A stretch of DNA of 64,000 nt from an uncultured Verrucomicrobiae bacterium (GTDB lineage Bacteria; Verrucomicrobiota; Verrucomicrobiia; Palsa-1439). The notes below the pieces were generated by a model that worked only from the letters and a program-made list of their open reading frames with translations, was not told the origin of the DNA and made no database searches. The position numbers were made by a program, and so were the translations under genes. Below, in pieces: positions 26,848 through 38,241 of the stretch. The DNA is taken from assembly GCA_963812605.1 (NCBI GenBank), contig CAWEWF010000004.1, forward strand, positions 32,001-96,000. The letters run 5' to 3'. Position 1 is the first letter of the stretch. Every line of letters begins with the position of its first letter.

Positions 26848-27490
26848 TTACCGCACCAACGGCGCAACCGCTGGTTGTGTCTTCGGCATGTACGGCGGCA
26901 TGACTGAACCGCACGAAATGATCATTTTCATGCCCTCCGCCACGCTCATATGCAACTCGATCAACTCCGCGCGCGGGATGAAAAGCAGAATGCCGCTCGT
27001 GGGGTTCGGCGTCGCCGGCACAAACACATTGACCAGCGTTTCGCGCATCTTCTCCTGGACCTCGCCGCCCGTCTCGCTCGTCACGAAACCGATCGTATAC
27101 ATGCCCGGCCCGCGGAAATTCCACCAGTACCACGCGCTGGAACATCGTCTTTTTCCCGGAAAGCAGCGTCTGGCTGATTTCCTTCATGAACCCATACGTC
27201 TTGTTCAGCAAAGGCACGTGCGTGATGAGCGATTCGGTGGCCGACACGATCCGCTTGCCCATCACCAAACGCGTCACCCGCCCCACAAAAATCGTGAACA
27301 CCACAAACAGGACCAGCGCGATGATTCGATACAGCGGCGTCAACATCTGCCTGTGCAAGAACTCGGGCAGCATGAAATCGGTCACCCAGGTGAAGATCCC
27401 GAGGAGAATGAGCACCGAGGCAGCCACCGGCACGACGACGAGCAAACCCGCAAAGAAGGAATTCCGCAGATTCTTGAGCGTCTCGTTCAT
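26848..27490 (-). CDS. DUF502 membrane protein (frameshift near 27105)
   Basis: FFAGLLVVVP, VVLVEFPR, then IGFVT and VFVPATPNPTSG in another frame. Confidence 0.88.
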
Positions 27491-27499
27491 GTCCCCGCC

Positions 27500-27528
27500 A
27501 TCGTAAACGCCGACGGCAGCGCTGTCAA
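27500..27528 (-). promoter_or_regulatory. sigma70-like promoter of DUF502-recO
   Basis: TTGACA-17-TACGAT, 9 nt before ATG. Confidence 0.7.
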
Positions 27529-27538
27529 CGCGCGGAAC

Positions 27539-30500
27539 TCAGGGTTGAAGACGAATGCGGTAATAACGCGACGGGACATTGGTGGCGGCACCGCTATCGA
27601 GATAGTTGGTGGTGGCGTCGCCGCTGCCTGAGATGATAATCAACGGGCTCAGATCCAGGAAGTTCGTCGCATAGGAACCGTCCGGCAGACCGGTGGCTGC
27701 CTGCACCACGTTGGTGTGCCCGCCGGCCGTTGTCCAGGTTACCAGCACGTCGCTGCTCTGCTGCACCACCGAGGTAACCCGGAACGCCGAGGCCGGGTTG
27801 GTTGGGTTGATGCCCGCCAAGAACTGGTTGAGGTTATCCATCCCTTTGCCCAACGGATCAGCGTTCGCCGCTGCGGCCGGATTGGTGGTGCTGCCGAAAT
27901 ACTGTACCTGCCAGGCCTGGAATGGCGTCCATACCGTGACGCAATTCACCTGCGTGTTGGTGCCCGATCCGGCGGGTCCGCTGACGATTTCCATCACGCT
28001 ATAGACGCCGGCGGCGTTGTAGGTGTAGAGCACGCTGTTGGTCGCGATATTGGTCGTGCCGCCATCGCCAAAACTCCAGAACCAATTGGTGACACTGCCG
28101 GTTGAGGTGTCGGTGAACGTTACGGCCAGGGGGACAACGCCGCTGGCCGGATTGTTGGTGAAACTCGCCACGGGCGGCGAAGTCGACACCGTGATGTAAT
28201 TCGCCTGCGTATTGGTGCTCGATCCGCCAGGACCGCTGACGATTTCCTGCACGCTGTAGACTCCGGCGGCGTTGTAGGTATAGAGCACGGTGTTCGTCGC
28301 AAGATTGGTCGTGCCGCCATCGCCAAAGCTCCAGAACCAATTGGTGATGGTGCCGGCTGATGTGTCGTTGAACGTCACGGCCAGCGGGGAAACGCCGTTG
28401 GTCGGGCTTCCGCTGAAACTGGCCACGGGCGTACCGAGCAAATCGTTATAAACGGTCCCGAAGTTGTCCCCGACGACGACTTTGCCGATCAGGCCGCCGG
28501 CGCTGGGGATCGTGCCGCTGTCCAACTGGGAGATCGCGATGGAACCCACCGAGGAGGCCGCGCCGCTCGTGATGATGTTCTTGGCATACGGCGTCTGGTT
28601 TCCGATGTTCCCGCTGGTTGGATTCACGAACGCGATCACATTGGTGAAACCCGCCACCGCCTCGACGATCACGCGATACTGGACCCCGTAGCTAAGGCCA
28701 GTGGTGCCAAAAGTGTAGCCGTCTGTCGGAGCGGGCGTGATACGGACACCCAGCACGTAATTCGTTTTGGCCGCATTGGGTGACTCGGCGGCCAGACGGA
28801 ACTCGGCGGTACCGGTGCCGTTGCCGCTCGTATACAGCGCCACGAAGTACGGAACACCGTTGGTGTTCGGCGCGTTGGTCACGATCAGGGTCAGGCCATA
28901 GAACACGGCTTCGTTGGTCAGCGTGAAGTTTTTGTACGGGGTTTGGTTATTGGCGGTCAGCCCGCCGGTAAATCCCGCCTGGCCTCCGCTGATCTGCACC
29001 GGCACACTGGATATCGCACCCAATTGGGTCCAGCTTTGTTGGCCGACGAGATTACCGGAAGCTGAACGTGCTGAAGTTGTCGTAGAACCCGAAGTTACCG
29101 ATGTTGAGAGACACAGCGCGCGTCGTATTGCCAGCGCCGTTGGTGGTGTTGGTAAATCCAATCGTGTCGGAGTAGCCCCCGGTCGCCAGGCTGTTGGCGT
29201 TGGCGTTGAGAGAGGCGGTGACGTTTATGCCAGTATCCGAGGCCAACGTCCCATTTGTGGCGGAAAGCGTCAACCAGGTGGAAGAGTTGTTTGCCGTCCA
29301 GTTCACCGACGCTCCTCCCGCATTGCTTACCGCGTAGGTCTGGCTGATCGGGTTGAAGGGTCCGCCCGGCGGACCCCCGGAGCTGAATCCTCCCGTAGGA
29401 GCGACGATCAACTGCCCGGACGCGTTGCTGATGTTCAGATTGACAGGTTCCGTCGTGTTGCCGGAGCCATTGGATGTGGCAAACACAACCGTGTCCGAAT
29501 AAGAGCCACTCAGCAGTGTATTCGCGTTGGCATTGAGAGAAACGGTGATGTTGGTGGTAGCGGTTGGCGCCAGTGTGCCGCTGGTCGCGGAAATAGTCAG
29601 CCAGTTGAAGGTGTTGGTCACCGACCAAACCATTGTCACGCCACCCGTATTGCTCAGTGTATATGTCTGGCTGGTAGGACTAAATGGTCCGCCCGCGCCA
29701 CCGCTGGAGCTAAATCCGGACGCCGGGCTGACAACGAGTTGCGCCCCGAAGATGAATAGATCGCTGAGATCAGTCGCGTTGATCGCATCACCCAGCGCGG
29801 CCCCACGTTGAAAATCTCCTGCATCGTCAGCAAGGTGGAGCTGTGCGTGTAGTGGAGGGTATTGGAATAGCCGCCGCCCTTGGCCAGTGGCGACATCACG
29901 ATCATGCCGATCGGACCGTCCTCGCCCTCTCCTTCATCCCATGTGACAAAGATAACGCCGTTATTGCTGTACGCCTGGGAACCCACGATCTCGGCGACCG
30001 TGTTGGAGAGCCAGGTGTCACCCGCCGTCAGCAGCGCATTGCCGGTGAGGCATCCCGTATTGCCGTGCATGTCGTCGCAGAGGTTCGGGGTGATCCAAAC
30101 ATACCGCGCAACCGTGTTGCTCTGGAGATCCCCCGCCAATTCGGTAAACGGTCGCACATCGGAGATGCAGTACGTCGAGCCGGTGTTGTTCGTGTTCGTG
30201 ACGTCATCGAAATGCACCATGGGATTGTGCTTCGCCACGTATTGGCCGCTATCCGTAAGTGGGCACGTGGTTCCAGTGATGCCCTCTTGGAAGGAAGTCC
30301 AGGAGATTCCGGCGTTCTTGAGCAGCGTGACCAGGTGGTTGGTGGTGCTCTCGTGGTAGGTCAAGGCGTCGCCATCAGCGAGGATGCCAAAGTTCGTGCC
30401 CGCCTCCAGCCACAGGTAGTTCGGCAAACTCGGGTGGTTGCCCGGAGGATTGTAATACTGCAAGGTATACGAGGACTTCGGTAGCAGCCCGTTGTTGATG

Positions 30501-31825
30501 TACGGGCACGCCGCATTGCCGCTGATCGAAGCCCAGTTCTGGTTTTCCTCCAGGATGATGAAGACGGTTTGGATGCTTTGCGCCGCCTGTACGACGTTGT
30601 AATCCCCGACGATAGGATAATGATCGCTCCCGTTGAAGCTGTTGCCGCTGCCGGTTTCTACCAGATCGGTATTAACGGTCGCGGCGCTCGGGACCGTGTT
30701 GGTGAGATCATCCAGGGAGTGGTTGCTGGGACTCGTTGGCTCACCGCCCAACGGTGTCGTACCGTTGTTGCCAAAGACCTCGAACGCATACGGATATTGC
30801 GCCGACGGAAAGTTTGAGCTGTCAAACGGGTCTGACCTGTCCGGCGCGAGTTGCACTCCGCCCTGGCTGTTGTAAGCGCCGAACATCGGGGCATTGGGCA
30901 GTTGAATGTCAATGCGCGAGCTCATCGCGAAGGATCCTTCCGTCGCATCGTCATAGAGATAGGGGGCATTGTCCCCTGAAACGTTAGCCCAAGTAGTGGT
31001 GGTCGGCGGCGTGGTCTTTGACGTGGGATCGTATCCCTGCGTCTGGTTGGTGTTGGCCCAGATCGCGCTGGTGTCACTCCAGTTGATGCCATCGGAGGTG
31101 GTCTGCCCCGTGAGGCATTTGTAGGCGTTCTCCCCGCTCCCGTTGAACAGATTCCAATCCCCGCCATAAAGTATATGCGCCCCGGCTGGCAGGTTGTATT
31201 TCGCGTCGCTGCGAACTTCCTGCGCCTCGGCGTAGCGCGCGTCTCCGACCGAGTCGTCGCTCGTGCTCCGCGCGTGGCTGACGTAAAAGTAAAAATCGTC
31301 GTTCGTCCCGAGGCCGACGGGCCGGAGACGATACACCATCGGCGCGCGGTCGGGGCCGTTCACTCCGCCACCGGGGGAATGGGCCGCCGTGTAACTGCCG
31401 TTCGACTGCAAGAGCACGTTCTGCCCGGTCAGCAGCGCCCGCGCCGACACGACCTGCACCGTGTTCGTCCGGTAAATCAACCCGTCGGGCCCGCCGCCGG
31501 TATTTGGATCAGTAGTCGGATCGAACGCGTAAGTTCCTGCGCCGTAAATAGCGTTGAGCTGCGCGACAAAGTTTGCCAGCGTCGTCGAATTCAACTCTTC
31601 ACAGCTCATCACATCAACGGGCTGCGCGTTGCTGCCAATATGGTGCAGTCCGATCCCTTGAACCACCGTCGGCAAGCTATGCGCTGCGCCGGTGATGTTG
31701 TTGTCGCTGCTCTGGTCGGCGCAATCGATATTATAGGAGACAATGCGAAGCGTCCGGCCCCACGCTCCGGAGGCACAAACCCCGATTCCCAACAAAACCG
31801 CACTGATGCATCGTCTTGAATACAT
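27539..31825 (-). CDS. Large secreted multidomain protein: EEP-like nuclease/phosphatase + phosphoesterase + BACON-like + PKD (two frameshifts)
   Basis: YNI...GDWN...SDHYP; IILEEN...HPSLPNYL...YVAKHNP; PKD WFWSFGDG repeats; three overlapping ORFs join near 29800 and 29060. Confidence 0.75.
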
Positions 31826-32050
31826 TGATACTTACCCTCATTCCCTACTAACAGTTTATACCTGGCAAACAGAGTTTGACGCGACGTTCTGATATTATTG
31901 GCAGACACCCCAAAAAAAGTCAAGCTATCTGAGTCGGGGGTAGTGCATTCGTGCGGTTTCCGGTGACCGCGGTGACGCGGCAATCGCCTCGTCTTTAGTG
32001 CCTTTTCCCTTCATCCCGTTAAATCCTTTTCCCTTGCGGAGAGCAGATCG

Positions 32051-32524
32051 CTATCGTTCCGCCATTCGTTGTGAAATCAGCGCGTTGAATTCAAAATCTT
32101 GACCCAATCGTGACATAAGTCGTCGCTCCGCCGCGCGCATGCGCCGCCGCTCGTTTGGTGTTTGGTCATCGTGACCGTGCAGATGCAGGATACCGTGGAC
32201 GACATACAGCAAGAGTTCCCGCGCCGGCGTAGTGCGAAAGCGCTTCGCCTGGCGGACGGCGCACTCGACGGAGATGATCAGTTCGTGCTGCCCTTCCCCG
32301 TAATCAAAGCTGAGCACATCGGTCGGGCCGGACGTGGCGTGGTATTGCGCGTTGAGCCTGGCGATGGTGATGTCGTTCACCAGCACGATGCCAAGGCGGG
32401 AGTCGGAATCATGGACAAGATCGAGCGCATGACGAGCGATTCTGGCCAGCGCCCGAGTATCGACCTTTCGTCGGCGCTGGCGGTTGCTCACCGCGACGCC
32501 CATCCCCCTGTCATCGGGGGTCAT
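32051..32524 (-). CDS. ybeY: rRNA maturation endoribonuclease YbeY
   Basis: PTDVLSF and HGILHLHGHD motifs. Confidence 0.93.
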   Translation of the reverse strand: MTPDDRGMGVAVSNRQRRRKVDTRALARIARHALDLVHDSDSRLGIVLVNDITIARLNAQYHATSGPTDVLSFDYGEGQHELIISVECAVRQAKRFRTTPARELLLYVVHGILHLHGHDDQTPNERRRMRAAERRLMSRLGQDFEFNALISQRMAER

Positions 32525-33531
32525 GCGGCGGGTGGTTTGCCGTTGCCGTTTGCCGCGGTTTCCTGCCGGCGTCGTTCGCGTTCCTCTTTGAACTTGGCAT
32601 AAGCGGCGACGATCTTCTGCACAAGTTCATGGCGGACCACGTCGTGTTCGTCGAAGTACGCGATCTCCAAACCCGGAATTCCCTTGAGGACGCCCTGCAC
32701 TTCAATCAATCCCGAGGTCTTGTGGCCGGGCAGGTCCACCTGCGTGATGTCGCCCGTGATCACCACCTTGGAATCGAACCCCATCCGCGTGAGGAACATC
32801 AGCATCTGTTCGCTGGTCGCGTTCTGCGCCTCGTCCAAAATCACAAACGCGTTGTTGAGCGTGCGCCCGCGCATGTACGCCAGCGGCGCGATTTCAATGA
32901 CGCCGCGCTCCACGTTGCGCTGGATCTCGTCGGGATCCATCATGTCGTGGAGCGCATCGTACAGCGGACGCAAATATGGGCTGACTTTTTCCTCCAGTGT
33001 CCCGGGCAGAAATCCCAGCGCCTCCCCGGCTTCGACAGCGGGCCGGGCCAGGATGATCCGGCCCACGCGGTCGCTGCGCAATGCGTGGACGGCCATCGCC
33101 ATCGCCAGGTACGTCTTGCCGGTGCCCGCAGGGCCGATGCCAATCACGATGTCGTTCTTGCGGATTGCTTCAAGGTAGCGCTTCTGGCCCTGCGTCTTGG
33201 GCACGATGGGCCGCTTGCGGGTGGAAACGTCGACGCGTCCTTCGTGAAGCTCCTGCATCTTCAGCGGTTCGCCGCGCGAGATGGCGCTGACGGCGCGGCT
33301 GAATTCCTGCCGTCGAATGGACGTGCCGCGAGCGACGGCTTGTTGCAACTCGGTGAAGAGGGATTTACCGCGCTCAACGTCGCTGGGGGCGCCTTCGATA
33401 TTGATCCAGCCGTCACGGGCTGTAACCTTGAGATTAAACAGGTCTTCGACGAGGCGAAGATTTTTCGGTTCGTTGGCGTAGAGCGATTGCGCCTGACGCG
33501 CATTGTCGAAATGCAGTGTTTCGCTTGCCAT
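32521..33531 (-). CDS. phoH: PhoH family protein
   Basis: GPAGTGKT, RPAVEAGE and YMRGRTL motifs. Confidence 0.95.
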   Translation of the reverse strand: MASETLHFDNARQAQSLYANEPKNLRLVEDLFNLKVTARDGWINIEGAPSDVERGKSLFTELQQAVARGTSIRRQEFSRAVSAISRGEPLKMQELHEGRVDVSTRKRPIVPKTQGQKRYLEAIRKNDIVIGIGPAGTGKTYLAMAMAVHALRSDRVGRIILARPAVEAGEALGFLPGTLEEKVSPYLRPLYDALHDMMDPDEIQRNVERGVIEIAPLAYMRGRTLNNAFVILDEAQNATSEQMLMFLTRMGFDSKVVITGDITQVDLPGHKTSGLIEVQGVLKGIPGLEIAYFDEHDVVRHELVQKIVAAYAKFKEERERRRQETAANGNGKPPAA

Positions 33532-33618
33532 GTGTCAGCTAACGCGTCGCTCCCTCATGCGCCCCAAACATACTGCATTTGCCTGCCCTTGGCAATCGAA
33601 CCGACCCCATGCAGCCCG

Positions 33619-34170
33619 CTAATCCTCAGGAATGATCAGGACCTGATTGGCGTAGATCTTGTTCGGGTTCTTGATCTTTTCCTTGTTCGCGCGGTAGATA
33701 CGGGGCCATTTCAGCGGATTGTGATAAACCTTGCCCGCAATCTTCCAAAGTGAGTCACCCTTCTTCACCACGTACTTCGACGGCTTTTCAGGCGCCTCGA
33801 TCTTCGGCGGCTCCGTCTCGACGATGGTTGGCGGGGCCGCCTGCGCGGGAGGCAGCGGCGTCATGGTCGTCTCCACCACCGGCTCCGCTTCCGCGGTCGG
33901 GCGACCGACCACATAACCGCGGTTCCCCCATTGGCCGCGATCCACCCAGTAGTGGCGGCGCCAGTTCGGATAATGGTCCTTTACGAAGTCCGCCCACTCG
34001 GGCTCCAGTTCCGGCTTCTCCACCACATCCATACCCTTGAGGAACTCACTCTTTTGTTGATCATTGACGGGCTGCATGCGCTTCTGTTGTGTCGCGCAGC
34101 CGTTGAAAATCAACACCGCACCCCCAATGACGCACCACGACAGGAAAATCCTTGCCAGACTCTTCATCAT
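33619..34170 (-). CDS. LysM-domain lipoprotein
   Basis: Lipobox FNGC; YVVKKGDSLWKIA LysM motif. Confidence 0.9.
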   Translation of the reverse strand: MMKSLARIFLSWCVIGGAVLIFNGCATQQKRMQPVNDQQKSEFLKGMDVVEKPELEPEWADFVKDHYPNWRRHYWVDRGQWGNRGYVVGRPTAEAEPVVETTMTPLPPAQAAPPTIVETEPPKIEAPEKPSKYVVKKGDSLWKIAGKVYHNPLKWPRIYRANKEKIKNPNKIYANQVLIIPED

Positions 34171-34429
34171 ATCAACGCCTTCCTCCTTGCATTACGCCTT
34201 GGTGATAACACCATCGCCCACTACCGTCAACGCTTTTTAAAACAAGCTTCCGCTTGGCAATCCGCAGGTTACGTCGCCCGAGCGAATCGCCTACGAACGG
34301 CCCAAAACAGTTCCCCGAGATTGAAGGCTCTCAGGTCAAAGCGGGACGGTCAATTGTCGATTTCATGTATCGCGTTGCTGCCGATACTTAGGGCTTGAAT
34401 AAGCCAAGTGGACTTGGGAGACTGTATTT

Positions 34430-36484
34430 GTGAGGCCTGCAGGACTTATTTCGTTTGCCTTCTGGGTATCGGTGACGGGACTGTGTCTGCCCCGGTTGTG
34501 CACGGCCGAAACTTCTCTATGGGTCACCGGACGTGAAGAAGACTACATCAGTGGCGGCGGCCAATTCTTCTATAGTGCTCCGCCGGCTGCGATCAACAGT
34601 TTCTACGTTTCGCCATACATTGTTGAATGCGGGGTCGATTACTTGGCGGATGACTGGTTTCTAATCTTTGCGTCCACCAACGGCCTGCCCCTGACCGTGG
34701 GAACATATGCCCCCGCGGTCTCCCCGGTCCAGAATTCCCAGTACAACTGGCTCAATGTCAGCGGCGCCGGTCGAGGCTGCGACACCAGCATCGGTTCTTT
34801 CGAGGTGAAGCAGGTCGAGTATAGCACCAACTCCATGATGACGTCTTTCTGGGCCACGTTTGTCCAACACTGTGAGGAAGCCTGGCCGGCGACCTGGGGT
34901 GAAATCCGCTACAACGTATCCTTCCCGGTCGCGATTGCGGCCCCGAAACGCCAGGACATGAACTGGGGCGACTCGGTCAGCATGGTGATCACGGCTGCGC
35001 CGGCCATCGGTGGGCTCGCGACGCTCAGCGCCCCGAACCTGCCTAACGGAGCCAGCTTCACCGATAACGGCGATAACACCGGCCTGTTTACGTGGACTCC
35101 GGCGCTCAATCAGATCGGCCCGCACTACGTCAGCTTTCTTGGCGCGGATGGACAGGGCCAGTCCCACGCCGAGTCTGTCTTGCTCACGGTAAACGGTGTG
35201 ACCAGTCTCCGGATGGCCACTGACCCGGATAATTTGCTGGGCCAGAGCGCAGCGTCTTACACCACCGGCACCAACGCCGTCTGGACGGCCTATTACAACG
35301 GTAATGTGGTCGAATTCCATGGACCCAGCATATCGGCAGACCTCCTCTCTGCCAGCAACGTGTTGGCCGTCGGGCGCTACGACGGCGCCCAGCGCGCCTA
35401 TTTTCAACCACCGGGCACCCCGGGAATCGACATCGAAGGCGACTGCAACTCGATCACGGGCAGTTTCGAGATCAAACAGTTGGACCTGATCGACACCAAC
35501 GGGTGGTTCGCGTTTTCCGTAGTTTTTGAACAGTACTGCGACGGGTCCGGCCAGGCTCTCCGCGGGGAACTTCGTTACAACACTTCTCCACTCGTCGAAA
35601 TCCGCCCTCCCCTTTTCGTGGGGATACGCGCCGGTCAGCCCTCCACATTTCAGGTCGAGGCCAGTGACGCCTCGAGCAACGTCGTCCACCTCACCGCTGG
35701 GGCCCTTCCCTCCGGCAGCAGTTTCTCCGACAATGGCGATGGAACGGGAGTTTTCTCATGGACGCCCGCCACCAACCAGGTCGGAGCGTACGACGTGACC
35801 TTTTATGCTTCCAACAACGCGGCAATCACCGATCACAATCCCACGCACATTAGCGTCAACGCACCGGATCGTCCGCCCGTACCTGCGACGAGCGGGCCGT
35901 ATGTGGGAGATATTGGGCAGGCCGTCGCCTTTGACGCAAGTTCGTCTTCTGACCCGGATGGGGATGCGCTCACGTACGCGTGGAATTATGGGGACGGCAC
36001 CACGGGAACCGGCTCGATGTCCACGCACGCGTATTCCGCGCGCGGCATTTATTTGGCCACGCTGACCGCGAATGATGGCTGGCTTTCGGCAAGCACCACC
36101 ACTTCCGTGCGCGTCGGTAGTCTCGTTCCCGCGCAGATTTCCGTGACCAACAAACGGGGACTGCAAAGCTTTGGGAAAGGCCAATGGTCCTTCGTGCAGT
36201 TGCAAAATCAGGACGGGGATTTCAACCTCGCGGACATCGATCTTTCATCCGTACGCATGACTGTTGCCACCAACAGCGCGATCGCCTTTGCCCCTGTGAT
36301 CACTGCCAAGACGCACGCCAGCAAAGGCAAGGGCCGCAAGCCGATAAAACTTTGCTTTAGCAAGTATGATCTCCACTTGCTCTTCTGGTACCTGCAGGGA
36401 GCACCCGGCCCCGTCACCGTTACCATTACGGGTTATCTCACAACCGGCGACCGTTTCGAAGCCACTGTGGCAACGAACATCTAG
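34430..36484 (+). CDS. Secreted PKD/Ig-repeat protein
   Basis: Signal peptide, duplicated G.FE.KQ...F.Q.C module, two LP.G.SF.DNGD.TG Ig repeats, PKD WNYGDG. Confidence 0.8.
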   Translation: MRPAGLISFAFWVSVTGLCLPRLCTAETSLWVTGREEDYISGGGQFFYSAPPAAINSFYVSPYIVECGVDYLADDWFLIFASTNGLPLTVGTYAPAVSPVQNSQYNWLNVSGAGRGCDTSIGSFEVKQVEYSTNSMMTSFWATFVQHCEEAWPATWGEIRYNVSFPVAIAAPKRQDMNWGDSVSMVITAAPAIGGLATLSAPNLPNGASFTDNGDNTGLFTWTPALNQIGPHYVSFLGADGQGQSHAESVLLTVNGVTSLRMATDPDNLLGQSAASYTTGTNAVWTAYYNGNVVEFHGPSISADLLSASNVLAVGRYDGAQRAYFQPPGTPGIDIEGDCNSITGSFEIKQLDLIDTNGWFAFSVVFEQYCDGSGQALRGELRYNTSPLVEIRPPLFVGIRAGQPSTFQVEASDASSNVVHLTAGALPSGSSFSDNGDGTGVFSWTPATNQVGAYDVTFYASNNAAITDHNPTHISVNAPDRPPVPATSGPYVGDIGQAVAFDASSSSDPDGDALTYAWNYGDGTTGTGSMSTHAYSARGIYLATLTANDGWLSASTTTSVRVGSLVPAQISVTNKRGLQSFGKGQWSFVQLQNQDGDFNLADIDLSSVRMTVATNSAIAFAPVITAKTHASKGKGRKPIKLCFSKYDLHLLFWYLQGAPGPVTVTITGYLTTGDRFEATVATNI

Positions 36485-36556
36485 TTTTCGGCCAGTCTCC
36501 CAAAATAGGCTTCCGCTGGCTGATTCGCTGGTTACAATGCCGCGAACGGAGACGCC

Positions 36557-37840
36557 ATGGACCTGATTCTTCGCAACGCGCGCGTACGCGGACACGACCA
36601 CAACGTCGATATCGCTGTCAACGATGGCCTTATCGCCAGAATCGCCCCGAAGATCACCGCGCGCCCGCGTCAGGTTATCGATTGCGCCAGTAAACTCGTC
36701 TCGCCGCCGTTCACCGATATCCATGTCCACCTCGACGCCGCACTCACCGTGGGACAACCGCGCTTCAACCAGAGCGGCACGCTCATCGAAGGCATCGAGA
36801 TTTGGGCGGAACGCAAGCGGACGCTCACGTTCGACGACGTGAAGCGCCGCGCCACGCTTGCTGTGAAATGGGAACTCGCCCATGGCGTCACGCGCATCCG
36901 CAGCCATGTCGATGTCTGCGATCCGCAACTCACCGCCGTCAAGGCGCTGCTTGAGGTGAAGAAAGAATTCGCGGGCCTCGTGGATATTCAACTCGTCGCG
37001 TTTCCGCAGGATGGCATCTACGCGTTTCCCAACGGCGAGCGGCTCATGGACCAGGCGATGGAACTCGGCTGCGACATCGTCGGCGGCATCCCGCATCATG
37101 AAATGACCCGCGAGGACGGTGTGGCCGATGTGAAGTTCGCCTGCGATCTCGCGCAGCAATATCACAAGCCGCTCGACCTCCATATCGACGAGACCGATGA
37201 CCCGAATTCGCGCTTCACGGAAGTATTAGCCGCCGAAACCATCAAACGCGGCCTCGGCGGACGCGTTACCGCCAGTCACACCACCTCCATGCACAGCGTC
37301 GACAATGCCTACGCTTTCAAACTCATTCGCCTCATTAAACGCGCCGGCCTGCACATGGTTACCAATCCGTGCGACAACAGCGTCCTTCAGGGCCGCTTTG
37401 ACACCTACCCCAAACGCCGCGGCCACACGCGCGTGAAAGAACTGCTCGCCGCCGGCGTCAATGTCGGCATCGGCCACGACTCGATCATGGATCCGTGGTA
37501 TCCGCTCGGCATTGGCGATCCCTTGCAAGTCGCTTTCGTCTGGATCCATTACGGCCAAATGAGCGGCGCCAACGAAATCCCGCAAGTGTGGGACATGATC
37601 ACGAAAAATCCGGCAAAGGCCTTCGGTGCCACCGACAAAGATTACGGCCTCATCGTTGGCAACCCCGCCGACCTGATTCTCCTCGACGCCGCCACCGAAT
37701 TCGACGCCCTCCGCCGCATCGCCCCCCGCCTGTTGGTAATGCGCCGCGGCCAAATCGTAGCCCGCACCACCCCGAGTGAAACCGTCCTCTGTCCGAAAGG
37801 GTGGAAGAAGGAAGTGATTGATTTCACGGTGCACGGATGA
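36557..37840 (+). CDS. codA: Cytosine deaminase
   Basis: HVHLD, NQSGTL.EGI..W, AFPQDG, HIDETDD and DSIMDPWYPLG motifs. Confidence 0.93.
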   Translation: MDLILRNARVRGHDHNVDIAVNDGLIARIAPKITARPRQVIDCASKLVSPPFTDIHVHLDAALTVGQPRFNQSGTLIEGIEIWAERKRTLTFDDVKRRATLAVKWELAHGVTRIRSHVDVCDPQLTAVKALLEVKKEFAGLVDIQLVAFPQDGIYAFPNGERLMDQAMELGCDIVGGIPHHEMTREDGVADVKFACDLAQQYHKPLDLHIDETDDPNSRFTEVLAAETIKRGLGGRVTASHTTSMHSVDNAYAFKLIRLIKRAGLHMVTNPCDNSVLQGRFDTYPKRRGHTRVKELLAAGVNVGIGHDSIMDPWYPLGIGDPLQVAFVWIHYGQMSGANEIPQVWDMITKNPAKAFGATDKDYGLIVGNPADLILLDAATEFDALRRIAPRLLVMRRGQIVARTTPSETVLCPKGWKKEVIDFTVHG

Positions 37841-38022
37841 AGGTTCGCGAAGTCCTCAGATTATTACGTGACGACGGTTGGTACCTGGCGCGGCAGCGCG
37901 GAAGCCACCAACAATATAAGCATCCCACAAAACGCGGGCTGGTCACGGTCGCCGGCAAACCGAACGACGACCTTGCGCCCGGCACATTAAACAGTATACT
38001 AAAGCAAGGGGAGCTAAAATGA
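37837..38022 (+). CDS. hicA: HicA toxin
   Basis: DGWYLARQRGSHQQYKHP; ATGA overlap with codA. Confidence 0.9.
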   Translation: MKVREVLRLLRDDGWYLARQRGSHQQYKHPTKRGLVTVAGKPNDDLAPGTLNSILKQGELK

Positions 38023-38234
38023 CGAAGTATCTCATCGTTGTCGAAAAGACATCAACGGGCTATTCAGCCTTCTCGCCCGATTTGCCCGGCTGCATTGCCA
38101 CGGGCGCAACGCACGAGGAAGTTGAAGGAACAATGCGCGAGGCGGTTCAATTCCATCTCGACGGTCTCCGCGAAGAAGGTCTGGACATTCCCTTACCTCA
38201 CAGCTACTCGACGTACTGCGAACTCCCCGCCTAA
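38019..38234 (+). CDS. hicB: HicB antitoxin
   Basis: YSAFSPDLPGCIATG..EE....REA..HL.GL. Confidence 0.9.
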   Translation: MTKYLIVVEKTSTGYSAFSPDLPGCIATGATHEEVEGTMREAVQFHLDGLREEGLDIPLPHSYSTYCELPA

Positions 38235-38241
38235 CGCAGGC

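Noticed and set aside
27960-28430. Direct repeat of about 260 nt in the PKD gene; similar internal repeats in 34430-36484
   Set aside because: Ordinary tandem PKD/Ig domain duplication within proteins.
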